A DNA stretch of 61,947 nucleotides from Candidatus Limnocylindria bacterium (GCA_041493915.1 JBGPZT010000001.1:1-61947), one strand, 5' to 3'; counted from the stretch's first letter, positions 28,095-36,967 are shown. A program made the numbers and translations. Notes: generated by a model from the sequence alone, not told the origin.

Positions 28095-28134
28095 GGGTCA
28101 AGGATAGGGACGCAACGACAAATAGACTCGGCGC

Positions 28135-29103
28135 ATGCAGACCGTGATCCGCACCGAGAAGCTCACGAAGCGCTTCGGCTCGCTCGTCGCGGTCGATGGG
28201 CTCGATCTCGAGGTGCGCGAGGGCGAGGTGTTCGGCTTTCTCGGCCCGAACGGTGCGGGCAAGACGACGACGCTGCGCCTCCTGTGCGCGCTCATCGGTG
28301 CGACGTCCGGCACCGCAGAGGTCGCCGGATACCGGCTCGGACGGCAGGATCCCGAGATCCGCGCGGCGGTCGGGATCCTCACCGAGCAGCCCGGCCTGTA
28401 CGAGCGCCAGTCCGCGTGGGAGAACCTGGTGTTCTTCGCGACGCTGTACGGGCTCGACGGCCCGACCGCGAAGCGGCAGGCCGAGCACTTCCTGCGGCTC
28501 ATGGGGCTCTGGGATCGCCGCCTCGAGGCCGTCGCGACCTTCTCGCGTGGAATGAAGCAGAAAATGGCGATCGCGCGCGCCGCGCTGCACGAGCCGCGCA
28601 TCCTCTTCCTCGACGAGCCGACGACCGGCCTCGATCCGGATGCGGCAAAGACCGTGCGCGAGTTCATCGTCGCGGTGCGCGGCGAGGGACGCACCGTGTT
28701 CCTCTGCACGCACAACCTCGACGAGGCCGATCGTCTCTGCGACCGCATCGCCTTCTTCCGGCAGTCGGTCATCCGTATCGACACACCGGATCACCTGCGC
28801 GCGGAGCTTTACGGGCGCGCGACCGAGATCCGACTCCTACCCACGCCACGCGCCGAGGATCTCGCCCGCGTGCAGAGCGTCCAGGGGGTGCGCGAGGCGC
28901 ACCTCGAGAACGGCTCGATCGTCGTGTCCGCATCCGATCCGCTCCGCACGAACCCGCTGCTCGTGCGCACGCTCGTCGAGGGCGGTGCCCAGATCGCGTA
29001 CGTCGTGGAGCGCAAGGTGCATCTCGAGGACGTCTACCTCAGCATCGTGGAAGGAAGCCAAACTCCCCGCCGAGCTCGAGACGCCGGGCAGGAGCAGAAG
29101 TAA
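28135..29103 (+). CDS. ABC transporter ATP-binding protein (ABC-2 subfamily)
   Basis: GPNGAGKTTTLR...FSRGMKQKMAIARA...ILFLDEPTTGLDP. Confidence 0.9.
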   Translation: MQTVIRTEKLTKRFGSLVAVDGLDLEVREGEVFGFLGPNGAGKTTTLRLLCALIGATSGTAEVAGYRLGRQDPEIRAAVGILTEQPGLYERQSAWENLVFFATLYGLDGPTAKRQAEHFLRLMGLWDRRLEAVATFSRGMKQKMAIARAALHEPRILFLDEPTTGLDPDAAKTVREFIVAVRGEGRTVFLCTHNLDEADRLCDRIAFFRQSVIRIDTPDHLRAELYGRATEIRLLPTPRAEDLARVQSVQGVREAHLENGSIVVSASDPLRTNPLLVRTLVEGGAQIAYVVERKVHLEDVYLSIVEGSQTPRRARDAGQEQK

Positions 29104-29921
29104 TGGCGACGCTCACGATCGCGAGGACTCCGGAGCGCGGCGCGCTCGTGCGCGCGGTCTGCGTGCGCGAGTGGCGCGAGGCGCTCGGCAACAGGCTGCT
29201 CGTCGCGATGACATTGCTCCCTCCGATCGTCATCCTCGCCGCCGGCATCGGCGCCGTCGCGGCGGCCGCGGCGAATCCGCCCAGCGACCGTGACGTGCAG
29301 GCGATGTACGCCGCGGCACCCGCGGTCGCCGGACTCGACCCGAAGGAAGCCATTCAAGGCTTCATCGCGACCTACTTCCTGATCCTGTTCATGCTCATCC
29401 CCACGGTCGTACCGTTGACGATGGCGATCTTCTCGGTCATCGGAGAGAAGGCGGCGCGGACGCTCGAGCCGCTGCTCGCGACACCGGTCGGCGTCGGAGA
29501 GCTGCTGCTCGCGAAGTGCCTCGCGTCCACTATCCCCTCGGTCATCGTCACCTGGCTCGCGTACGGGATCTACCTGGCGTCGGTGTCGGCGCTCGGGAGC
29601 CAGGCCGCGGTGCGCGCGGTGACGGCGCCACGCTGGGTGCTGGCGATCGTCGTGATGGTCCCACTCCTCACGCTCCTTTCGGTGACGCTCGGGGTCCTCA
29701 TCTCGACGCGGGTGAACGACGTGCGCGTCGCGCAGCAGATCGGCGGCCTCGTCGTCATTCCCGTCGTCGGCCTCGGGATCGCGCAGGTGACCGGCCGCGT
29801 CATCCTCGACAACCAGGCCTTCGTGCAGTTCACCCTGATCCTCATCGTGCTCGACCTCGCGGTGTTCTTCGTCGCGCGCCTCGCATTCCAACGAGAGAAC
29901 ATCCTGGCCAGGTGGCGCTAG
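29103..29921 (+). CDS. ABC-2 type transporter permease
   Basis: TAATG overlap with the ATPase gene. ATG is at residue 274 of the track ORF. Six predicted TM helices. Confidence 0.8.
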   Translation: MATLTIARTPERGALVRAVCVREWREALGNRLLVAMTLLPPIVILAAGIGAVAAAAANPPSDRDVQAMYAAAPAVAGLDPKEAIQGFIATYFLILFMLIPTVVPLTMAIFSVIGEKAARTLEPLLATPVGVGELLLAKCLASTIPSVIVTWLAYGIYLASVSALGSQAAVRAVTAPRWVLAIVVMVPLLTLLSVTLGVLISTRVNDVRVAQQIGGLVVIPVVGLGIAQVTGRVILDNQAFVQFTLILIVLDLAVFFVARLAFQRENILARWR

Positions 29922-30064
29922 AAGCGAAGAGGCGTCGGCAGCGGGTCCGGCACTCCTCGAGCGAGCGTCTGCGCACAGCCGGCCCGAGCGGCGCGCGCGC
30001 GGTGAACGGCGGGCCGGCGTAGCCAGCGGCGAGCGAGAGGTGTGCCGGGCCCGCTGCCGAACGC

Positions 30065-31753
30065 CTACGGACTGGGTGTCGGCGTCGCGCGTCCCCGCGG
30101 CAGCACCGGCAGCTGGGGGCTCGGCACGAGGCCAGGCGTCGGCGAGGGGAAGCGCATCCGCGGCGTGGGCGAGGGCGTTGGGAGTGGCGCGATGACCGGT
30201 GGCGTGCGGCCGCCCTCGTCGTCGGGGAAGGTGCGCGGCCCGACGATCGTCACGTTCGTCGTGAACGTCTCGGTCACGGCGACGTTCTTCTCGCGCACGT
30301 CGTACGCGAGACGGTAGCTGCCGAGCACCGCGGGAGCGACGAGGGGCGCGAAGAACGTACCCGTGGCGCTGGGCTGGAGCGCGCCGAGAGGAACGGTTCC
30401 CTGTGCCACCGAGCGGCTCGTCTTCGTGTCGATCAGCCGCCACGCGAGCGTGAGCGCGTGCGCGGTCGTGCCAGCGGCGGGCAGCGCGGTGTACTTCGTG
30501 ACGAGCAGCGACGCCTCGCCGCGGTGCAGGATGGTGGGTACCGCGGTCGCCGCGGTCACGATGTACGCCTGGTGCGCCCGCACCTGGAACGACGCCGTGG
30601 TGGCTCCGAGCTTGGCGAGCCCGCTGCCGTTCGCGTCGACAAGGCCGAGCGTCACCTTGTAGTCGCCCGGCGTCTGCGGCACCACGAGCACGACGCCCAC
30701 GTTGGCGCTGCGCCCCGGGGCAAGTGCGGGTAGCGCGATCGGCGTCGGCGAGGTCGCGATGAGAGTGTCCTTGCTGTCGCGCATCTCCCAGATCAACCGG
30801 ACCGATCCAGGGCCGTTGCTGGTCCACGTACTCGTGCCGGTATTCGTGATCGGCACGGTGATCCGCGGGGACGACCCGGTGTCAACGATCGTCACGGTGC
30901 GGGGCACGTCGTAGCGCGCATTGGCCGGCGGCTCGAGCACGGTGCTGTACACGATCGAGCCGACGTTCGCGATGAACGAGTACGCGTCCGCGTCGTCGGC
31001 ATCCCACGTCATCGCAACGACGACGCGCGGACCCGCTGGGGTGAAGATGATCCCCGCGTCGTGCGTGAGGCCGGGAAGGTTGCCGGTCTTGTGCGCCACG
31101 ACAACGCCAGGGGGGAGCTCGGCGGGAAGTCGATCGTTGATCTGCTGCCGCTCGAGCCGCGCCAGCATCCGATCCGACGCCGCGGCCGAGATGAGCTGGC
31201 GCTTCGCGAGCAGCGTGAGCAGCGTGCCGACGGCGCGCGGCGTCGCAATGTTGTCCTCGTCCCAGTTGAGGAACACGTGGAAGTCCTTGACACCGATGCG
31301 CACGAGCGTCGCGTTGATGTTCTCGGCACCAAGGACGTGCCACAGCGCAAGCGCCGCGCCGTTGTCGGAGATCGTGATCATCGCTTCGAGCGCCTCGTCG
31401 AGCGTGAGCTCCGTCCCCGCGAGCTCGAACGAGCCGTCCTCGGTGATGTCCTCGTCCTCGATGGTGATGATGTCGCCGTAGTGGAGCTCTCCCGAGTCGA
31501 CGCGGCGCTCGGCTTCGGCCAGCACCGCGAGCTTGTAGAGCGACGCGGTGATGATCGGCTCGTCGGCATCGTGCGAGTACAGCGGCGTGCTGGTGTTCGG
31601 GTCGGCGATCCACAGACCCGCGCCGCCCGGGAAGGTCGTCACCAGCTGGTCGAGGTGCTGCACGAGCTCCGCGGTGCCGGCGGCGGCGGGCGCGCCGGGG
31701 ATCAGGCCCGCGAGGGCCAGGGTGAAAGCCAGGACGACGGCGCTCCCTCTCAT
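30065..31753 (-). CDS. secreted class-A beta-lactamase-like serine hydrolase with two Ig-like domains and a Pro-rich tail
   Basis: Signal peptide MRGSAVVLAFTLALAG. Motifs SLYK (SxxK), SDN and KTG. The C-terminal half has repeated beta-rich modules (ITNTGTSTW...) and a PTPSPTP tail. Confidence 0.8.
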   Translation of the reverse strand: MRGSAVVLAFTLALAGLIPGAPAAAGTAELVQHLDQLVTTFPGGAGLWIADPNTSTPLYSHDADEPIITASLYKLAVLAEAERRVDSGELHYGDIITIEDEDITEDGSFELAGTELTLDEALEAMITISDNGAALALWHVLGAENINATLVRIGVKDFHVFLNWDEDNIATPRAVGTLLTLLAKRQLISAAASDRMLARLERQQINDRLPAELPPGVVVAHKTGNLPGLTHDAGIIFTPAGPRVVVAMTWDADDADAYSFIANVGSIVYSTVLEPPANARYDVPRTVTIVDTGSSPRITVPITNTGTSTWTSNGPGSVRLIWEMRDSKDTLIATSPTPIALPALAPGRSANVGVVLVVPQTPGDYKVTLGLVDANGSGLAKLGATTASFQVRAHQAYIVTAATAVPTILHRGEASLLVTKYTALPAAGTTAHALTLAWRLIDTKTSRSVAQGTVPLGALQPSATGTFFAPLVAPAVLGSYRLAYDVREKNVAVTETFTTNVTIVGPRTFPDDEGGRTPPVIAPLPTPSPTPRMRFPSPTPGLVPSPQLPVLPRGRATPTPSP

Positions 31754-31758
31754 CGCTC

Positions 31759-32262
31759 TCAAGTAACGCGTCTGTTGCCGGGGTGTTTCACCGCTCTTGC
31801 CGTTCGTTGACCTTTCAGCGCCTCGCGGCCCAGCCGCAGCATCTCGCGGTATCCGGCGCTCGTGTCGTCCTCATACCCCAGCAAGTGGAGCGCCCCGTGA
31901 GCGGCCAGGAAGGCAACCTCCGTCGCCAGCGGCCAGCGCCGCCGTTTCGCCTGCCGCGCCGCCTGGGCCCCGCTGATGACGACGTCGCCGAGCTCGAGCG
32001 TGCCGTCGGCCTCGCGCCTCAGTGACGCCGCGGCGCTAGCTCCCTTGGCGCCGGGACGCAGGCCCTGCCCGAACGAGAGCACGTCGGTCGTACGGTCCTT
32101 CTGGCGATATCGGCGGTTGAGTTCCCGCATCGCGGAATCGTCGACGAACGCGAGCACCAGCTCCGCATCCTGCGTGACACCGTAGGGGCGGAGCGCGGCG
32201 CGCACCGCGCGACGCGTGGGTGCGAGATCACACGGAGCCTCGCCTCGGACCGCGATCTTCAG
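31759..32262 (-). CDS. ybeY: rRNA maturation endoribonuclease YbeY
   Basis: FVDDSAMRELNRRYRQKDRTTDVLSF...HGALHLLGYED is the zinc motif. No ATG/GTG/TTG lies at the expected N-terminus. CTG 32262 (overlapping the pgpH TGA) or ATC 32256 are the candidates. The only canonical start (ATG 32409) overlaps pgpH by 150 nt. Confidence 0.85.
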   Translation of the reverse strand: MKIAVRGEAPCDLAPTRRAVRAALRPYGVTQDAELVLAFVDDSAMRELNRRYRQKDRTTDVLSFGQGLRPGAKGASAAASLRREADGTLELGDVVISGAQAARQAKRRRWPLATEVAFLAAHGALHLLGYEDDTSAGYREMLRLGREALKGQRTARAVKHPGNRRVT

Positions 32263-34379
32263 CGGTCGGACGCCGCCTGGTCGGAGGCCACCGGTGCGAT
32301 GCGCGCGATCCGGTCTTCCGGATATGGGATGCGCTCGTGGTACACGCCCAGGAGGAGTTCGCAGAACGCGTCCTTGATCCGCTGGATATCGCGCAGGGTC
32401 AGATCGCATTCGTCGAGCTGACCTTCCGCCAGACGGTCGCTGACGATCCTCTCGACCATCACGCGGATCGTCTCCGCCTTCTTCTCCGCAAGCGAGCGTA
32501 CCGACGCCTCGGTGCCGTCCGCGAGCATCACGATGCCGGCTTCCTTCGTGCGCGGTCGCGGGCCTGGGTAATGGAAGGCCGCTTCGTCCGGGTTCTGGCC
32601 ACGCTGCTGCGCGAGCTGGTAGAAGTACTTCACGACGCTGGTGCCGTGATGCGCGGGGATCATCTCGCGGATCATCGGTGGCAAGTGGTAGCGCTCCGCG
32701 AGCGCGAGGCCGTCGCGGACATGAGCCGCGACGATGCCCGCGGACACCATCGGGTCGAGCTCGTCGTGTGGGTTGGTGCCGGTCTGGTTCTCGATGAACG
32801 CCGACGGGTTACGCATCTTGCCGATGTCGTGGTAGTACGCGCCCACGCGCGCGACGAGCGGATCGGCGCCGATCACCTCGGCCGCGCGCTCGGCGAGGTT
32901 CGCGACGAGCAGCGAGTGGTGATACGTGCCGGGCGTGCGCAGCAATAGCTGCCGCAACAGCGGATGGTTCGGATCCGCGAGCTCGCGCAGCTCGAAGACC
33001 GTGGTGATCCGGAACAGGTGGCCGAAGATCGCCGTGCCCGCGAAGGCGAGCAGGCCGGAGCCCGCGCCACTCAAGAGCGCCGCGATCGCGAGCTGCGCCG
33101 CGCCGACCGGGTCGGTGGACTGGCCGACGAGCGTGAACGCGACGACCACACCGAGGTTGCCGAGCGCGACAGAGCCCGCGCCTGTCGCGAACTCGCGCGC
33201 CGTCGTGGCACGGCGGACCGCGGCCATCCCCAGCAGCGCGGGCACGAGGACGTACGCGACGAGCTCCACCTGGCCGGACAGGATCCCGACGTGCAGCGCG
33301 CCTGCGATCTGCGTCGCGAGCGCGGTGCGCCCGCCGACGAGCACGGTGATGATCATCGCGACAGCCGCAAAGGGGATGAAGTAGACGAGGAGCGTGTGGC
33401 CCGGTACGAGCACGCGCGCCGCGACAGTGACGGCGAGCAGCGAGAGCGCGACGACGATCATCCTGCTGTCGTCGTTCCAGGCTTCGGTCGCGTAACGCTC
33501 CACGAACAGCGCCAGCACCGCCGCGATGAGCACCGCCCACAGCGTCAGGCCGACCGCGCCCGGCCAGTCGATGCCGGTGTTCACGAGACCGAGCACGCGC
33601 AGCTTCTCGACGTCGAGCTCGCTCACGACGGTGCTCTCGCGCACGACGACCTCGCCGGCCACGACCTGGACCTGCACCGGCTGGACGCCGCTGCGCGCCG
33701 CCTGCTGCGCGGTCGCCGTCTGGATCGGATCGAGCGCGACGTCCGCCTCGACGAACTGCCGCACCAGCTCGGCGCCGACGGTCTTCTGGCGGTCGGTCCA
33801 CGCCGGCGGCAGCGACGTCGCGGCCGCGGACCTGGCGCCTTCGAGCTGCTCCGGACGGATGCCGGGCTGATAGAGCGTGCGCAGCGCGTTATCCACCTCC
33901 TTCGAGACCGCGTCCCATTCGGCGCCGGTCATGTCGACCACGAGCGGCGCGAGCACAGGGCTGATCGCGACCTCGGTGAGGCGCGTGAGCGAGGTGATGC
34001 GCTGCTCCCTCGTCTGGGCCGTGTCGGCGCGGACGCGGCCGATCGCGGCGACCGTCTGCGCCAGCCGGTCGCGCGAGCTCGCGACGACGGCCGGGTTGCG
34101 CGTGTACACCTTGGCCACCGCCGCGCCGGCACGCTCGCGCTCGGCCTCGGTGAGCGTCTCGGACACGAACGCCACGGAACGCGGCGCCTTCACGGTGCGG
34201 TCGGCGAGCGTCCCGACGTCGTAGCTGACCGTCGCCGGTGGCGACAGAAGCAGCGCGACCGAGGTGAGGAGCCCGGTGACGATGACAAAGACGTACATCC
34301 GCGCCGACGTCGTGCCGAGCATCTTGCGGAGCGCGACGGGCAGCTGATCGATCCGTCGGCCTGCCGGTAGTCGGATCAC
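32259..34379 (-). CDS. pgpH: 7TM-receptor HD-domain phosphohydrolase (PgpH/YqfF-like)
   Basis: Extracellular N-domain, 7 TM helices, and a C-terminal HD domain (HHSLLVANLAE...YYHDIGK). GTGA overlap with phoH. Confidence 0.85.
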   Translation of the reverse strand: MIRLPAGRRIDQLPVALRKMLGTTSARMYVFVIVTGLLTSVALLLSPPATVSYDVGTLADRTVKAPRSVAFVSETLTEAERERAGAAVAKVYTRNPAVVASSRDRLAQTVAAIGRVRADTAQTREQRITSLTRLTEVAISPVLAPLVVDMTGAEWDAVSKEVDNALRTLYQPGIRPEQLEGARSAAATSLPPAWTDRQKTVGAELVRQFVEADVALDPIQTATAQQAARSGVQPVQVQVVAGEVVVRESTVVSELDVEKLRVLGLVNTGIDWPGAVGLTLWAVLIAAVLALFVERYATEAWNDDSRMIVVALSLLAVTVAARVLVPGHTLLVYFIPFAAVAMIITVLVGGRTALATQIAGALHVGILSGQVELVAYVLVPALLGMAAVRRATTAREFATGAGSVALGNLGVVVAFTLVGQSTDPVGAAQLAIAALLSGAGSGLLAFAGTAIFGHLFRITTVFELRELADPNHPLLRQLLLRTPGTYHHSLLVANLAERAAEVIGADPLVARVGAYYHDIGKMRNPSAFIENQTGTNPHDELDPMVSAGIVAAHVRDGLALAERYHLPPMIREMIPAHHGTSVVKYFYQLAQQRGQNPDEAAFHYPGPRPRTKEAGIVMLADGTEASVRSLAEKKAETIRVMVERIVSDRLAEGQLDECDLTLRDIQRIKDAFCELLLGVYHERIPYPEDRIARIAPVASDQAASDR

Positions 34380-36412
34380 TTCTTTTCGTGCCGATCGTAC
34401 GCCCGAACGATCCGCGCAACGAGCTCGTGGCGAACGACATCGCGCTCGTCGAAATCGACGAAGGCGATGCCATCGACATCCCGCAGGATCTCGCGCGCGA
34501 CGACCAGGCCGGAGCCCTGGTCGCGCGCGAGGTCGACCTGCGTGATGTCGCCGTTCACGACGGCCTGCGAGGCGTAGCCGAGGCGTGTGAGGAACATCTT
34601 CATCTGCGCCGGCGTCGCGTTCTGGGCCTCGTCGAGGATGATGAAGGCCTCATTAAGCGTGTTGTGCGTGACGAGGAAGTCGTCCGTGACGTACAGGGAG
34701 TCCTCGGCTGCCACCTTGATGCAGACCGTTTCCTCCTCGCCGGCAGGCGCGATGCTGTCAATGAATCGCATGGGTCGGCCGCCTCCTGTGGCGCCGTAGA
34801 TCTCGCGCTTCCGCGCCAGCCGGAACGGTTGCAGCTTCCGCGGCAGACGGATGCCGACGACGTACGCGTCCGAGCGATGCACGACGGCCCGTCCTCGTGC
34901 GCGCCCTGGCACGCGGCCGGCGGCGGGCCGCTTCCGCCAGTACGCGACACCGCCCAGCGAGCGAACGAGGAATACGACGTCATCCTTCAGCCGTGGCGAA
35001 GTCGTGACATATTCGATCCGGCAGCTTCGCCCCTCCTGGGTGACCGGCCCTCCGTCCGTGTCGAGCAAGCCCTGGAGCACCGCGACCCGCGTCTCAGCGG
35101 AGTTGTAGAGGTACTCGTCGGGAACGAATTTGTCCGCGGAGTGGCGGCCGGCCAGCCGGAGCTCCCGAAGGACGACTGTCACGGGATTCGCGATCCTTCG
35201 ACCGCCGTGTCCACCGTACTTGTGGCGCAGCACGTAGTCGATCTCGTTCTTCCGAACGAGCTCGATCTTCGGAAGCCTCGCCTCGAGGGCGACCGCAAGC
35301 TCGGTATCGGCGGTCGTGAACATCGGTGTCGTGGATGTCGTGATGCATCCGTCACCGAGAAGCAGCCCGAGCGCGTACGGATCCATCTGAACGTCTCGTC
35401 GCTCAAATTCGACCGGCCGTGACACCAAAGGCAGCTCGAAGCGGTGCTGGTGCGCCGCCCGCAGGCGACCGACCATCTCGCGAGTCTCGAGGAGGCGCAT
35501 CGGTTTGCCGCGCCGTCGGTCATCTGGTGTCGTGACAGCCCAGAGATGCTCGGCACAAGAAAGCGCGGACGCCCCGTCCTGCGTCTGGACGCGGAACACC
35601 GATTTCCGACCTTGGGGATACACGCCCATCACTGGCGTTGGACGTCCGTCGGACCCGATCACGAGATCGCCGACCGCGAGAGTGCCGATGGGTCGAAAAC
35701 CCGATGGCGTCAGCACCTTGCTGAAGCGCGGCTGCGCACGTCCCCGCATGAACGCCAGCGGCGCGACCTCGATCTCGCCGCGCTCCATCGCCCGCGTAAA
35801 GCGCTCTGGGGGCATGAGCTCGTACAGCGCGTCGTACAGCGGGCGGAGATAGGGATCGATCTTCTCCGTGAGGTCGCCGGGAAGGAAGCCGAGCCGCTCC
35901 CCCGCCTCGACCGCCGGCCGCGTGAGGATGAGGCGCGCGACCTTGCGATCGCGCAGCGCGGCGACACCCAGCGCCACAGCCAAATAGGACTTTCCTGTGC
36001 CGGCGGGCCCTGTCGCGAACACCAGGTCGTGATTGCGGATGGCGTCGACGTAGCGGTGCTGGTTGACGGACTGCGGCGTGATGCGCTTTCCACGGACGGT
36101 CGTCGCGACGACTTCGCGCAGCTGCTCGGGCGCGCCCACCGGCGCCTCTTTCGCGTCGCCGATGAGCCGCTCCAGCGCCGGCTTGCGCAGATTGTCGTCG
36201 CGATCGGACAGCGTGCGCATCGCGCCGACGAGCTCGCCGACGCGGGCGACGTTCGCGGGCTCCCCGGTGATGCGCAGCTCCGCACCGCGCGACACGATCT
36301 TCACCGCGAACTCGCGCTCGATGCGATCGATGTTCGTGTCGTTGTTCCCAGTGACGAACATCATCTCCTCCGGGTCGGGTATGAGGATCGTGATCTGCGC
36401 GGAAGCGCTCAC
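34376..36412 (-). CDS. phoH: PhoH-like ATPase interrupted by an intein
   Basis: KH-like N-terminus, Walker A GPAGTGKS, then ...APLAFMRGR | 359-aa insert | TLNEAFIILDEAQN... The exteins alone make a normal 319-aa PhoH. Confidence 0.9.
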   Translation of the reverse strand: MSASAQITILIPDPEEMMFVTGNNDTNIDRIEREFAVKIVSRGAELRITGEPANVARVGELVGAMRTLSDRDDNLRKPALERLIGDAKEAPVGAPEQLREVVATTVRGKRITPQSVNQHRYVDAIRNHDLVFATGPAGTGKSYLAVALGVAALRDRKVARLILTRPAVEAGERLGFLPGDLTEKIDPYLRPLYDALYELMPPERFTRAMERGEIEVAPLAFMRGRAQPRFSKVLTPSGFRPIGTLAVGDLVIGSDGRPTPVMGVYPQGRKSVFRVQTQDGASALSCAEHLWAVTTPDDRRRGKPMRLLETREMVGRLRAAHQHRFELPLVSRPVEFERRDVQMDPYALGLLLGDGCITTSTTPMFTTADTELAVALEARLPKIELVRKNEIDYVLRHKYGGHGGRRIANPVTVVLRELRLAGRHSADKFVPDEYLYNSAETRVAVLQGLLDTDGGPVTQEGRSCRIEYVTTSPRLKDDVVFLVRSLGGVAYWRKRPAAGRVPGRARGRAVVHRSDAYVVGIRLPRKLQPFRLARKREIYGATGGGRPMRFIDSIAPAGEEETVCIKVAAEDSLYVTDDFLVTHNTLNEAFIILDEAQNATPAQMKMFLTRLGYASQAVVNGDITQVDLARDQGSGLVVAREILRDVDGIAFVDFDERDVVRHELVARIVRAYDRHEKK
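34661..35737 (-). mobile_element. intein (Hint domain plus LAGLIDADG homing endonuclease), class-3 signature
   Basis: Covers residues 226-584 of PhoH. It starts AQPRFSKVL... (Ala1). Block B is CAEHLW. LAGLIDADG motifs are LGLLLGDGC and LQGLLDTDGG. Block F is ETVCIKV. It ends FLVTHN, followed by Thr+1. Confidence 0.85.
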
Positions 36413-36951
36413 GACGGAGCCTTCTCCTTCAGCGTCGCGGCAACGAGGCCCGCGACCTTCTTGCCGTCTGCGCGGTCCTTCGTCTGCGCGAGCACCTTCG
36501 GCATGACCTTGCCCATGTCGCGCGGACCTGCGGCGCCCGTCTCGGCGATGACGCGCTCGACGATCGCGCGTACCTCGGCGTCCGACATCTGCGTGGGTAG
36601 GTAGGCCTGGACGATCGCGAGCTCCTGCTCTTCCTTGGCCGCGAGCTCGCGGCGGTCGCCCTTGCGGAAGGCGTCGATCGAGTCGCGGCGCATCTTCGCC
36701 TGCTTTTGGAGCACGTCCTGGACCGCGACGTCGTCGAGGTCGGCCGGACGATGCTCGGCGACGTACGCCTGCCGCGACGCTTCGTCCTTGCCCTCCGCGC
36801 TCAAGCGCTCGATCGTCGACTGGAGACGGTCGACGCCCTCGCGCTGGACCGCGGCCAGCACGAAACGCAGGGTGTCACGGCGGAACGTGTCGCCCGATTT
36901 CATGGCGGCCCGAACATCGCTCTCGAGCCTTTGTCTCAGAGGGGATGCGAT
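36409..36951 (-). CDS. yqeY: GatB/YqeY domain protein
   Basis: LRQRLESDVRAAMKSGD...LRFVLAAV... aligns from residue 3 of the Bacillus YqeY N-terminus (MSLLERLNQDMKLYMK). The first ATG (36903) is 12-16 codons too late. ATC 36951 has GGAGAG 7 nt upstream, and CTG 36939 is an alternative. Confidence 0.8.
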   Translation of the reverse strand: MASPLRQRLESDVRAAMKSGDTFRRDTLRFVLAAVQREGVDRLQSTIERLSAEGKDEASRQAYVAEHRPADLDDVAVQDVLQKQAKMRRDSIDAFRKGDRRELAAKEEQELAIVQAYLPTQMSDAEVRAIVERVIAETGAAGPRDMGKVMPKVLAQTKDRADGKKVAGLVAATLKEKAPS

Positions 36952-36967
36952 GCCTGGGCTCTCCGAC

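Noticed and set aside
29034-30827. A 597-aa minus-strand ORF spanning the ABC-2 permease and part of the beta-lactamase-like gene.
   Set aside because: It is Arg/Asp/His-rich with no motifs. It is antisense to the permease and out of frame with the real minus-strand gene.
34376-36412. Lower GC in the intein as evidence of recent horizontal acquisition.
   Set aside because: My rough hand count of about 120-nt samples gave similar GC for intein and extein segments. I make no compositional claim.
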